A stretch of DNA of 64,000 nucleotides from Candidatus Latescibacterota bacterium (GCA_965261395.1 OZ253462.1:2880001-2944000); one strand, 5' to 3'. Numbered from the stretch's first letter, positions 40,046-49,170 are shown. The notes: generated by a model not told the origin, from the letters alone. Numbers and translations are program-made.

Positions 40046-40648
40046 ATGCACAAAGTAACCATAGCCCTTGCCACTTTCGCCGTTTTCTTGGGCTGTGAAG
40101 TAGGTAGTCCTACTTCGCCTAGCGCAGCCAAGAGTACCAAGGCTGCGGCCGAACAATGTCCGATGCCGATTTTGGGCATAGTGGGAACATGGGCGGGGCA
40201 GGGTTCTACTATCTTGGAGAACATCAACACCGCCGACACGTTGTGGATAGAGTTTGCTCCCGATCCGAACCCAGCGGGCGAACCGGGCGTAACGTATTAC
40301 GACTACACGCTGCTTTCGTACTATTCCCCGTCTGATGGGGATGATCTAATACTTGCCGAACTTGCCGACATGCTAGGGCTTACCGACTTGGGCTTGCCCA
40401 GCCTTTTAGAGGAGCGACGCGGTAAAATGGGCGTGTACTATGCGGACGGTGGTAAGTGGGCGTTCAACCATACTGTAACCTATATCCGAAGTTGGAACCT
40501 AGAAGAGTATGAAGAGTGGGGGGGGCGGTCTGAGCCGAGTTGGGGCCATGAGATAAAGATGTTTGATGGGTGGCTTGTTTTACAGAGGACGTGGTATGAC
40601 ATATGGGACGAGGACTATGAGTATGAGTATGAGCGCGTTGACGAATGA
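40046..40648 (+). CDS. hypothetical lipoprotein
   Basis: GGAGG RBS, MHKVTIALATFAVFLG-C lipobox; acidic and Trp/Tyr-rich. Confidence 0.7.
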   Translation: MHKVTIALATFAVFLGCEVGSPTSPSAAKSTKAAAEQCPMPILGIVGTWAGQGSTILENINTADTLWIEFAPDPNPAGEPGVTYYDYTLLSYYSPSDGDDLILAELADMLGLTDLGLPSLLEERRGKMGVYYADGGKWAFNHTVTYIRSWNLEEYEEWGGRSEPSWGHEIKMFDGWLVLQRTWYDIWDEDYEYEYERVDE

Positions 40649-40761
40649 CTGACCGCTTGCCCATACACGTTGATTCGCGGCTAAGGAACTGCTCCAAAGG
40701 ATGTAGCGGCAGGCGAAGGTGCTCTCTCACGTAGAGACGAAACCGAGGTAATTTCAGTAAT

Positions 40762-43700
40762 ATGTCCTTGAGCACAACAAAGCTGGACAACCAAGAAAAA
40801 CTCAAGCGAGAGCTACATAACGCCCCAAAAGCGTCTAAGCTTGAACATCTCGCGGCGGCTCTGATTGGTCGTCTTCTCGATGTGCCGATTGCGGTTGCCA
40901 AGTCTGGCTTTCAACATGGCGCAGATGCTGGTCCGGCTGGACAGCAAGGGCGACGATTTCGGGTGGAATGCAAGAAGTATAGTGATAACAGTAGCTTGAG
41001 TGAACGAGAGCTATTGGGGGAGATCGACCAAGCACTAGCGCGGGATGAGGCCCTTGAAGCTTGGGTGCTGGTTGCAACTTGTAGCGTTTCAGAACAGCTC
41101 CGGCAATCGCTTAATCAGCATGGAGAACGGCTAGGCGTTCCTGTCCTGATTATCGATTGGATAGATCACGAAGTGGCACCGCTTGCAGCATTGTGTGCAT
41201 TCGCTCCTGATTTGGTCGAGAAAGAATTCTCAAAGGAAGCTGGCGCGGCGGCTTGCACTCTTCAACCCATATCAGAGCAGGCAATCGAAAGGTTACGACG
41301 CGACCTGCAATCTTGGTGCTTGGGGTTTGAAGCAATACGGACACGCTCTCACGATAAGCTCAATAAGATTTGGAACTTGCCGCAAGAATCGAAGGCTGCA
41401 ATCGGACAAGACGCGGCTGGGGGCGCTCAAAATAAGAAGGTCAAACGCAGCGCAGTGCATGAGGCACTGAATGCGTGGTGGCAAAGACCGGCTCAGGATG
41501 GTGCCCCGGCTGCTGTAGTCGGATTGGAAGGGAGTGGCAAGACATGGGCGACTTTCCACTGGTTGATCGACAGTAAGGACACGCAACCAATTGTTCTGAT
41601 AACTCCATCCTCTGCGGTAGCCGCCATTGGTAATGTCTCCGAAACCATCGTGAAGCAACTCCTAGCGGATAGCCTTCACGAGATGAGCGGGATACGGAAT
41701 CGGGAGCACTGGCTCCGTCGGCTCGATTATCTGCTTAAACGTCCGGTCTGTGAAGGACCAGTCCTGACCATATTCTTCGATGGCCTGAACCAAGAGCCTT
41801 CCGTTCAATGGCTACGACTCTTGCAAGTTTTGCAAGGTGAGACGTTTGCGGAACGAGTACGGGTAATTGTCAGCACTCGCAATCATCATTTTGAAGAAAA
41901 GTTGTCGGAGCTTCGTGGCCTCTCTGTGCTAGCCAAGCGGGTTGACGTAGATCTCTATAATACAGCACCGGGGAGCGAACTCGACCAAATGCTTGAGTTC
42001 GAGAATCTCACGCAGGCCGACTTGCATCCTGATGTGATTGAGTTGGCGCGTAACCCCCGCCTTTTCAAGCTAGTAGTACGTTTCCGAGAAAGGCTGGTCG
42101 AGGCGGGTCAAATAACGGTACATCGGCTGCTTTGGGAGTATGGACGTGACACTTTCGGAGAGCGGACCGGCGAGTCGTTCAGCGAAAACGAGTGGAGGGA
42201 CTGGCTGAAAGAAATTGCTCAGAAACGTCGGAACGGTATCAAAGAATACTCAGAAAGGTCGATCGGCAAGATGGTGAATCGCCCAGACCTCACTAAAAAC
42301 GAAGTGTATGCACGGTTCAGCGACATTATTGACGGTCGGTTCGCTACACGCGATCCATCAGGCGATCTACAACTCACTCCTGCGGTTATTGCACATGCCC
42401 TCGGCGTTGCGCTTCTGAATCATCTTGATCAAGTAACTTCTCCAAAATTCGACAATTTGAATGCCGAGTTGACGAAATGGCTTGATCCCATCGCGGGTCT
42501 TGATGAACAAACGGAAATCCTGCGTGCGGCGGTGTCAATTTTGGTAGAGCAGGGATGTGCGGCAAAAGCACCCGTCCCCGGAGTGCTCGTCACGGCATGG
42601 CTACAAAGCCAGAATATACCGGACGAGCATCGCCAAGAACTTGTCGATCTTGCTCCGCAACTTCCGAATGCTCTACTCGACGCGGTTGAGCATTCGGACA
42701 GTCACGCTCACGATTCCGCTAGATTTTGGGCCGTGAACGCGCTGAGTACAATCCCGCGAGACGATAGCACAGTCCTTGATATGATTGTCAAACGATCCTG
42801 CGGCTGGCTGAGCATTGTCTCTTGGGACGGTGATAGGCAGTCGGATAGGCTTAAACGCCTGATTGGTAGCGATACCTTGGGTCCGATTACGGTCGTCGGC
42901 GTAGAACTCGAACTAGTTGATCAGTCCTCTGGCTTTCTGAAAGATGTGGTCCCGTCAATTGTCGAAGGTTTTCCATTGGCTAATGCCCTGCCGATTTTCG
43001 AGACAGCGACCGTTGCGTTGGAGGTGGAAGATAGTATCTATCGCTGGGATGGCCTGACGTGGCTCTGCTTACTCAATGAAGTTGACCCCGACGAAACGGC
43101 GACGGCTTTACGTGCCTTGTCAGAAGAAATCAGTTGCCGCCAGCCGGAACAGGGTGTACATCCGGATCTTCCGAAGCGTATCGCTGCACTGCTGCTTCGG
43201 CTGACAGGTCAGGAGGGGGACGAGGACGCCGCTGTGTCTATGGATCCCGGCATTGACCGTCCACCCACTTATGAGGAAGACTACCTTCCTCAGCCCGGCC
43301 GAAGCTGGTTTCCGCTGGAGCGGCGACATGCACAGAGCGTCCTCGCCGACACGGAACTGTCTCTGCATTCCCGCATACAGCGGACCGCAGAACTATGGCT
43401 TGATCCGAATTTTGAACCGCCAGCGAGCTTTGTTGCAGAAGTTCGCGCCGCAGCGACCCACATTGATGTTGGGAAGCTGAACCGACACAGCATACTCACC
43501 CCTGAAGATCATGACTTTGAAAGACTGGAACCGGTGCTGGCTCGATGTGCGCCGGACCTGCTTGCGGATCTAATCCGCCGCAAGATGCGGAGTATGGCTA
43601 CCTGTCCGCCGGAGTCCCGGTACCGGAGTGCTATCCATGCGACCGGGTATCTGGTGCTAGCAGGCGAGGATGAGGCGGTGGCAGCGAGAGCGTTACGGCT

Positions 43701-45318
43701 CAGAAACTGCCTGAAAATCCTTGGCGGCCTTCGCACGGCTGCAAAAGCGGTGGGCTGCTTCGCTCGCCTTGTCCGCTACTTTTTCTCTCGTGCTCAGGGC
43801 ACACCCGGAATTTTCAGACAGCTTTTCAGCGGCGGCAAAGACGGAGACGATGATGCCTCTGCCGCCAATGATCTCCTATTGGTGGAGATACGAGATCTGG
43901 ATGCGCAGGCCCAATTCGACGAATTGATCCATGCGGACTTGCAGTCCATCTCGGACAACGCTGAGATCCTCGCTATGATCCTGCGTCCCCCGACATCGGC
44001 TGATGTCGATGTCCTGATCGCTCGCCATGCCGATGGCTCACTCAAACAGCAACGCGATCTGCTCACCTTATTGTCGATCCTCCCGGTTGAACTCACGGAC
44101 ACGGCTTGGTCATGGGTTGAAAGATGTGCGAAATGTCAAGACAATGATTCTCGCGGATTTGCATTCCGTATTCTAACCCATGCTGACCCAGTGCGGTTCG
44201 GTCAAATGCTTGAGACTGACGGTTGGTCTTGGAGTCAGGACGAGCATGACTGGGTCAACTATTACGGAATGGACGCTCTTATCAAGGCCACGCTGGCCCT
44301 TCCTTTCGATCAGTTAGCACCACGGCTTGCACCTTGGCGGCTATTGCAAGCTGCTCGGACGCGTGGTCCCGACCCTACCGAGGTACGACTGGCGGCTGAA
44401 CGCTTCGGTCAATTACTCGATGGGAGGCATCGCTCGAAAGCTATCTCCTACTGCGCGGAAGATTTCGTACCTGTTCTGCAACATACACCGGATATCGTCG
44501 AACAGTGGCTTGAGGGCTTTTGCGAGCCTACGGCTGATTTCCAGCGTCGTGTTCTTTTTGCTGAAAAGGCTTTTCTTGCACTCTGCGAGGCTCTCCTTGT
44601 ACACGACCCCGAGCGAGGCGTACAGTTGTGGAAAACCTTATGGAAAACCCTGAGCGTCACCATGGTACCGCGATACATCAGCACCGCAGACCTCTTACAC
44701 ATAATCTTTCGCGTTCCAGATTCACCGGCAGTAACGGTACTCCGAGACGAACTAGCTGGGCTAGAACATTGCCATACTGATCAGGCACTATTCAATCTGG
44801 CAATTGTTGCGTCCTGTAACGGTAAGGACGATTGGCTCGCCACTCTCATTAAGCAAGATCAAACATCGAAATTCGCTTGGCGACGGAAACGCGCCATAGT
44901 CCTCGCGGGCTTTACCGTGAACAATACGCTACCGGTTGAGGATGCTTGGCCTAGTGGAGAAATCAAAACAGGCTACGCCAATCTTGCTCAGAAAGCAGCT
45001 CGTTATAGGTGGGCCGAGGGATGTGCCCGCCACTGGTGGCGAGCCTACCTTGCGTCCTCTGATCCGACTAAGGCTTATGCCGCTTGGGTTTTGTTTTTGC
45101 GCTCGGCGGATCGTCGTTGTTGGGTATGGATGAACCAAGATATTGAAGCCGCACAAGAATCGGACGACTTCTTCAAGCTCAAGGTGATCCATGCTGGACT
45201 TAATCAAGGAAAGCTAGAGAATGCTTTGAAGAAGCGCGAGGACAAGCTCGACAAGAACTTTTTAGACCGTCGGATTTTTGCGGGTGTAGGTCCTTGGCCA
45301 AAATACGTACCGCGTTAG
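40762..45318 (+). CDS. PD-(D/E)xK nuclease + STAND/NACHT-like NTPase + long helical sensor (Avs/bacterial NLR-like defence protein)
   Basis: GFQHGADAG...FRVECKKY, Walker A GLEGSGKT, Walker B IFFDGLNQ, RVIVSTR, ARNPRLF; 1518 aa; lower GC than host genes. Confidence 0.8.
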   Translation: MSLSTTKLDNQEKLKRELHNAPKASKLEHLAAALIGRLLDVPIAVAKSGFQHGADAGPAGQQGRRFRVECKKYSDNSSLSERELLGEIDQALARDEALEAWVLVATCSVSEQLRQSLNQHGERLGVPVLIIDWIDHEVAPLAALCAFAPDLVEKEFSKEAGAAACTLQPISEQAIERLRRDLQSWCLGFEAIRTRSHDKLNKIWNLPQESKAAIGQDAAGGAQNKKVKRSAVHEALNAWWQRPAQDGAPAAVVGLEGSGKTWATFHWLIDSKDTQPIVLITPSSAVAAIGNVSETIVKQLLADSLHEMSGIRNREHWLRRLDYLLKRPVCEGPVLTIFFDGLNQEPSVQWLRLLQVLQGETFAERVRVIVSTRNHHFEEKLSELRGLSVLAKRVDVDLYNTAPGSELDQMLEFENLTQADLHPDVIELARNPRLFKLVVRFRERLVEAGQITVHRLLWEYGRDTFGERTGESFSENEWRDWLKEIAQKRRNGIKEYSERSIGKMVNRPDLTKNEVYARFSDIIDGRFATRDPSGDLQLTPAVIAHALGVALLNHLDQVTSPKFDNLNAELTKWLDPIAGLDEQTEILRAAVSILVEQGCAAKAPVPGVLVTAWLQSQNIPDEHRQELVDLAPQLPNALLDAVEHSDSHAHDSARFWAVNALSTIPRDDSTVLDMIVKRSCGWLSIVSWDGDRQSDRLKRLIGSDTLGPITVVGVELELVDQSSGFLKDVVPSIVEGFPLANALPIFETATVALEVEDSIYRWDGLTWLCLLNEVDPDETATALRALSEEISCRQPEQGVHPDLPKRIAALLLRLTGQEGDEDAAVSMDPGIDRPPTYEEDYLPQPGRSWFPLERRHAQSVLADTELSLHSRIQRTAELWLDPNFEPPASFVAEVRAAATHIDVGKLNRHSILTPEDHDFERLEPVLARCAPDLLADLIRRKMRSMATCPPESRYRSAIHATGYLVLAGEDEAVAARALRLRNCLKILGGLRTAAKAVGCFARLVRYFFSRAQGTPGIFRQLFSGGKDGDDDASAANDLLLVEIRDLDAQAQFDELIHADLQSISDNAEILAMILRPPTSADVDVLIARHADGSLKQQRDLLTLLSILPVELTDTAWSWVERCAKCQDNDSRGFAFRILTHADPVRFGQMLETDGWSWSQDEHDWVNYYGMDALIKATLALPFDQLAPRLAPWRLLQAARTRGPDPTEVRLAAERFGQLLDGRHRSKAISYCAEDFVPVLQHTPDIVEQWLEGFCEPTADFQRRVLFAEKAFLALCEALLVHDPERGVQLWKTLWKTLSVTMVPRYISTADLLHIIFRVPDSPAVTVLRDELAGLEHCHTDQALFNLAIVASCNGKDDWLATLIKQDQTSKFAWRRKRAIVLAGFTVNNTLPVEDAWPSGEIKTGYANLAQKAARYRWAEGCARHWWRAYLASSDPTKAYAAWVLFLRSADRRCWVWMNQDIEAAQESDDFFKLKVIHAGLNQGKLENALKKREDKLDKNFLDRRIFAGVGPWPKYVPR
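43703..43825. mobile_element. 123-bp MITE related to the IS5-family element at 52366, inserted in frame
   Basis: Ends gaaactgcctgaaaa and ttttcagacagcttt (12/15 and 13/15 to the IS inverted repeat); flanked by TCA at 43700-43702 and 43826-43828. Confidence 0.85.
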
Positions 45319-45505
45319 AGGGATTAAAGCGTTCTTGCCTTGCTACAAGACCACGAGGACCGCTAAGTTCAACTGCCAAACCCTAGCGCGAAAAGAGCAG
45401 TGTGCTCGTCCGTACTGTCTATTACCTGAGTGTGGACATGCCTAGGAGATAGCACTAGATTGAGATGGCTCGCAAACCAAGCGATAACGGCCTCGATCTC
45501 GCCCC

Positions 45506-45623
45506 AAATTTGGACTAGGAACGCCGGAGGTATAAGATGACTAATGTTGACAAAAACGTCGAAATTAACTTGCCCCTCGAAAACCTCATTGACACCCTCT
45601 GCAAACTGCCTCCTGACACTCTG
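45506..45623 (+). repeat. repeat B copy 1 (118 bp: RBS + 5' end of the antitoxin)
   Basis: Identical to 54010-54127. Confidence 0.95.
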
Positions 45624-45845
45624 AGGGAAGTCAAACAAAGGATTGAAAGGCAACTCCAAGAACCTGATCAGTCTCAGGAGCCGTTGGATGACCTCCATGA
45701 GGACGACTTGTGGGGCTTGGGAGGGAATCGAGAAAGTGCCGACGGTGCGGATTCTCCGGCCTCGATAGAGGAGGTGCTCAGAATCACATCTAAGTTCAAA
45801 GGATCCATGGCAAAGATCGTGAGCGAAGAACGAGATGAACGATAA
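45537..45845 (+). CDS. putative antitoxin of the downstream PIN toxin
   Basis: Small acidic ORF ending SMAKIVSEERDER, translationally coupled (TAATG) to the PIN gene. Confidence 0.7.
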   Translation: MTNVDKNVEINLPLENLIDTLCKLPPDTLREVKQRIERQLQEPDQSQEPLDDLHEDDLWGLGGNRESADGADSPASIEEVLRITSKFKGSMAKIVSEERDER

Positions 45846-46315
45846 TGGCTTTCTGTTTTTTTGACACGAGTGCTCTGATTAAATACTACCACGACGAGTT
45901 GGGAAGGCAGAAAGTCGTCGATCTCGTTGATAATCCAAACAATCGCATTTTTATTTCGCGGCTTGGACTGATAGAATGGCATTCGGCTTTCTTCCGTCTC
46001 ATGCGCATGAATACGTTTACCCAAGACGAGTTTCAGACGATACGGACTCGATTTCTTGCAGATATTCGGCAGCGGAAATTTCTTATTCAGCCTTTTGAAC
46101 TCACACACCAAAACCAAGCTGTTCGCCTGCTCGCCCGTTATTCTTTCACCGAAAGGTTACGGACCTTAGACGCTCTTCAGCTTGCCGTTGCTCTTCATGT
46201 AAACAGCCATACACCTCTCGATTATTTTGTTTGTGCTGATAGCCCCTTCTGTCAGATAGCCGCACCCGTGCCCGACGAAGACCCGGCAGACCTGATCCGA
46301 GAGGTGGAGGAATGA
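45845..46315 (+). CDS. vapC: PIN-domain (VapC-like) toxin with its C-terminus replaced by repeat A
   Basis: FFDTSALIKYY, LRTLDALQLA, FVCAD. Confidence 0.88.
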   Translation: MAFCFFDTSALIKYYHDELGRQKVVDLVDNPNNRIFISRLGLIEWHSAFFRLMRMNTFTQDEFQTIRTRFLADIRQRKFLIQPFELTHQNQAVRLLARYSFTERLRTLDALQLAVALHVNSHTPLDYFVCADSPFCQIAAPVPDEDPADLIREVEE

Positions 46316-47015
46316 CACAAGTTACCGACGAGCTCCTCGACCAGATGGTCCAGGCCATTGTCGAAGAGGTTGATCCCGAACAGGTGATCCTCTTCGGCTC
46401 TCGCGCTCGCGGCGACGCGCGGGAAGATTCGGATGTCGATCTGGTGGTGGTGGAGGCCGAGCCGTTTGGACAAGACCGGAGCCGGCACCAAGAGGCGGTC
46501 CGACTGTACAAGGTGCTCGCCGGATCGGGCGTTTCAAAGGACATCCTCGTTTATAGCCGCGACGACGTCGAGTACTGGCGCGACTCCCTCAACCACGTCT
46601 TGGCGCGGGCGTTGCGGGAGGGGAGGGTGCTCTATGAGCGACCTTAAATGTGTGCGCGTGCTGTTGGCCGCCGCAGACCGCGACATCGAGATACTGCAAC
46701 TCATGCACGATTCCACCGGCGGCCCCGATGAGATTTTCGGCTTCCACGCGCAACAAGCCGCCGAGAAGTCGCTCAAGGCGTGGCTTGCTCTCCTTGGAGA
46801 GGTGTACCCGTTGACGCATGATCTCGATGCCCTCATCGAGAGGCTCTCCGGGAGAAATGCCGATGTAGGCAGGTATCGGGGGTTGGCGGTCTACAGTGCA
46901 TTCGCCGTTCAGTTTCGATACGAGGGAATGACCGAGGGAATCTCCATTGATCGCGAACACGCTCTGCATCTTGTGAGTGCCCTTCTGCAACAGGTCCGGC
47001 GGATGGCGGAGGTGG
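46264..47015 (+). repeat. repeat A copy 2
   Basis: Near-identical to 38792-39543 (offset 7472). Confidence 0.95.
46312..46647 (+). CDS. MNT antitoxin (copy of 38840-39175)
   Basis: GSRARGD...DSDVDL. Confidence 0.92.
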   Translation: MTQVTDELLDQMVQAIVEEVDPEQVILFGSRARGDAREDSDVDLVVVEAEPFGQDRSRHQEAVRLYKVLAGSGVSKDILVYSRDDVEYWRDSLNHVLARALREGRVLYERP

Positions 47016-47026
47016 CGGAGGCGTGA
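46634..47026 (+). CDS. HEPN domain protein (copy of 39162-39551)
   Basis: FHAQQAAEKSLKA, THDL. Confidence 0.92.
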   Translation: MSDLKCVRVLLAAADRDIEILQLMHDSTGGPDEIFGFHAQQAAEKSLKAWLALLGEVYPLTHDLDALIERLSGRNADVGRYRGLAVYSAFAVQFRYEGMTEGISIDREHALHLVSALLQQVRRMAEVAEA

Positions 47027-47124
47027 TGGAGTGGCCTGTGGCCCAGCTTGGAGACGTTGTCCAAGCGTTCATCAGCGGCGGTGCTCCGACCACCAAGGTT
47101 GGCGCGCCAGCCTTTAAGCCGTAA
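47026..47124 (+). pseudogene. 5' stub of a type I R-M hsdS gene
   Basis: MEWPVAQLGDVVQAFISGGAPTTK matches the HsdS N-terminal W..xLGDV...SGGTP pattern; coupled to the HEPN stop. Confidence 0.65.
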
Positions 47125-47284
47125 GCCCCAAGCGTTCACGCTTGAGCTTTACATCAAATTCTGTGATAAGCCTAAAGCATTTCAATACCGAAGCGGAAGA
47201 AATAGGCGTGGGTGATGGGCAGGTTGATGCCAGCGGTGCGCGTTTTGACCTAGGTAAGAACTGGATCCACTGAGGTAGATCGCC

Positions 47285-47851
47285 ATGCTCAAAGAAGGTC
47301 AACTCGTCAAAGCCATTCCCCTAGAAGGAAGACAGGTGCTATGCCGCTATCCGCGCTGGCAGGACATACCCTCGTACGTCGAAATGTGCCAGATTCTGCA
47401 CCGCGAGCGGGTGCGGGCCTATCACGCTGATACGGATTTCGCCCTGGGCTGCCAACGCTTGGCCCAGATCATGGTCGAAGTCGAGACAGGTCAGGCCTCC
47501 CACCTTTTGCTGGAGGTGGATGGACGCATTATCGGCGAGGGCCGCATGGCCCCCCACAACCGGGTCATGGGGATTTTGGGAATCAAAATCATCGGCGAGT
47601 ACCAGGGTCGGCACCTGGGCACGGCGCTGATGGGAGTTTTGGAGGAAGAGGCGCGCAAAATGGAGCTGCAGCAGATTTACCTGACTGTATTCGCCAATAA
47701 CACCCCTGCCCGCCGTTTGTACGAAAAGGTCGGTTACCGGCAAGTGGGGCGCATTGCCGAATGGTTCAGTGAAGAGGACGAAGACGGTCCTATTGCACTG
47801 GTGGACAGAATAGATATGATGAAACACATAGAGCCGGAGACTCGAGAATGA
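47285..47851 (+). CDS. GNAT family N-acetyltransferase
   Basis: YQGRHLGTALM, VFANNTPARRLYEKVGY. Confidence 0.9.
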   Translation: MLKEGQLVKAIPLEGRQVLCRYPRWQDIPSYVEMCQILHRERVRAYHADTDFALGCQRLAQIMVEVETGQASHLLLEVDGRIIGEGRMAPHNRVMGILGIKIIGEYQGRHLGTALMGVLEEEARKMELQQIYLTVFANNTPARRLYEKVGYRQVGRIAEWFSEEDEDGPIALVDRIDMMKHIEPETRE

Positions 47852-47920
47852 AGACACCTGCGATCATTTTCACCGACGACGGCTGGCGTCTTAGATCTGT
47901 AAATTCATAGAGGAGACCAA

Positions 47921-48331
47921 ATGTCAGAGCATCCCAAGCCAACCTGTAAAGTGGTTCGTGGCGGAGAAACCTACGAAGGCAAACAGGCACTCACCTATAT
48001 TTCGGGGATCGCCGCCGAGACCACCGGCTCGCAGAGAATTTGCATGCACCTGCTGAACATGCCTCCTAAAGGACGAGCCAAGGCATACCTGCACGAAAAC
48101 CACGAGACAGCTATTTATGTCATCAGCGGCCAAGCTGGAATGTGGTATGGCGAGCGGCTGGAGGAGCATGAATCCATCAACAGCGGCGACTTTATTTACA
48201 TCCCCGCCGGCGTCCCTCACCTTCCCTACAATCCCAGCGAGACTGAAACCTGTACTGCTGTGATCGCCCGGACGGACCCCAACGAACAAGAGAGCGTTAA
48301 ACTCTTACCCGAACTGGACGAGATACACTAA
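47921..48331 (+). CDS. cupin domain protein (contains repeat C copy 1 at 48142-48329)
   Basis: LHENHETAIY, GDFIYIPAGVPHLP, ARTDPNEQES. Confidence 0.9.
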   Translation: MSEHPKPTCKVVRGGETYEGKQALTYISGIAAETTGSQRICMHLLNMPPKGRAKAYLHENHETAIYVISGQAGMWYGERLEEHESINSGDFIYIPAGVPHLPYNPSETETCTAVIARTDPNEQESVKLLPELDEIH

Positions 48332-48412
48332 AACATCTACTCAACCTTTTTCTCTACTCGCCGGACGCTTCCAATGACACCCAATGAGCCAAAAGCCCCC
48401 ACCGCCAGAGGA

Positions 48413-48748
48413 ATGGCACCCGTCACCGACGCGCTTCTCGACCAGATGGTTCAGGCCATCGTCGCCGAGGTCGATCCCGAGCAGGTGATCCTCTTCGGCT
48501 CTCGCGCCCGTGGCGACGCGCGGGAAGATTCGGATGTCGATCTGGTGGTGGTGGAGGCCGAGCCGTTTGGGAAGACTCGGAGTCGACGTTTAGAGGCCGT
48601 GCGCCTGTGGAAATCTCTATCGGGTTTTATCGTCCCGAAAGACATCCTCGTCTATAGCCGCGACGAAGTCGATTACTGGCGAGACTCCGGCAGCCATGTT
48701 CTAGCGCGTGCATTGCGGGAAGGGCGGGTGCTCTATGAGCGACCTTGA
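48413..48748 (+). CDS. MNT antitoxin, third sequence variant
   Basis: ILFGSRARGDAREDSDVDL. Confidence 0.9.
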   Translation: MAPVTDALLDQMVQAIVAEVDPEQVILFGSRARGDAREDSDVDLVVVEAEPFGKTRSRRLEAVRLWKSLSGFIVPKDILVYSRDEVDYWRDSGSHVLARALREGRVLYERP

Positions 48749-49125
48749 TAAGGCCCGTACCCTGCTAGAGGCGGCTGAGCGTGACCTCCGCGCCCTTCGA
48801 GGCATGAGCGACCCAATGGTCTTCGCTGACGAGATCGTCGGGTTCCACGCTCAACAGGCCGCTGAGAAATTACTCAAGGCTTGCCTTGCTAGGGGAGCCG
48901 TTCCCGTTCACTCACGATATAGATTACTTGCTACGGCTTGTAGAAAAACGCGGGCTCGGAGTGGAGCGATTTGAAGAGCTGATCGAGTACAACCCGTATG
49001 CTGTGCAATTTCGCTACGAATCCTACGACTCGGACGCCGAGCCAATCGACCGGGAAGAAGCCGTCCAGCGTTTGGAAGCGTTACGTCAGCAGGTCCGACG
49101 GCTGGCAGAGGTGGAGGGGGAGTGA
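48735..49125 (+). pseudogene. HEPN domain gene, frameshifted near 48885
   Basis: MSDLDK...FHAQQAAEKLLKA continues in another frame as LGEPFPFTHDI...AVQFRY; 391 bp in total. Confidence 0.85.
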
Positions 49126-49170
49126 TAGACCGGCTGGCAGACGTAGCCCAAGAGTTCATCAGTGGTAGCG
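49122..49170 (+). pseudogene. degenerate hsdS 5' stub
   Basis: GTG-IDRLADVAQEFISG, similar to LGDVVQAFISGG at 47026 and in the same position after HEPN. Confidence 0.5.

Noticed and set aside
44625-44652. 12-bp tandem duplication (LWKTLWKTL) in the STAND gene
   Set aside because: Only two copies, in frame; no evidence of phase variation.
45381-45399. 18/19 match (ccctagcgcgaaaagagca) to the DUF2330 3' end at 59185-59203 as a possible att site
   Set aside because: A match this short can arise by chance in a 64-kb self-comparison, and no recombinase is present.
45465-45518. Short ORF MARKPSDNGLDLAPNLD resembling an HsdM N-terminus
   Set aside because: Too short to support without a search.
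48870-48900. Programmed frameshift in the HEPN gene
   Set aside because: No slippery heptamer or homopolymer tract; a simple indel is more likely.
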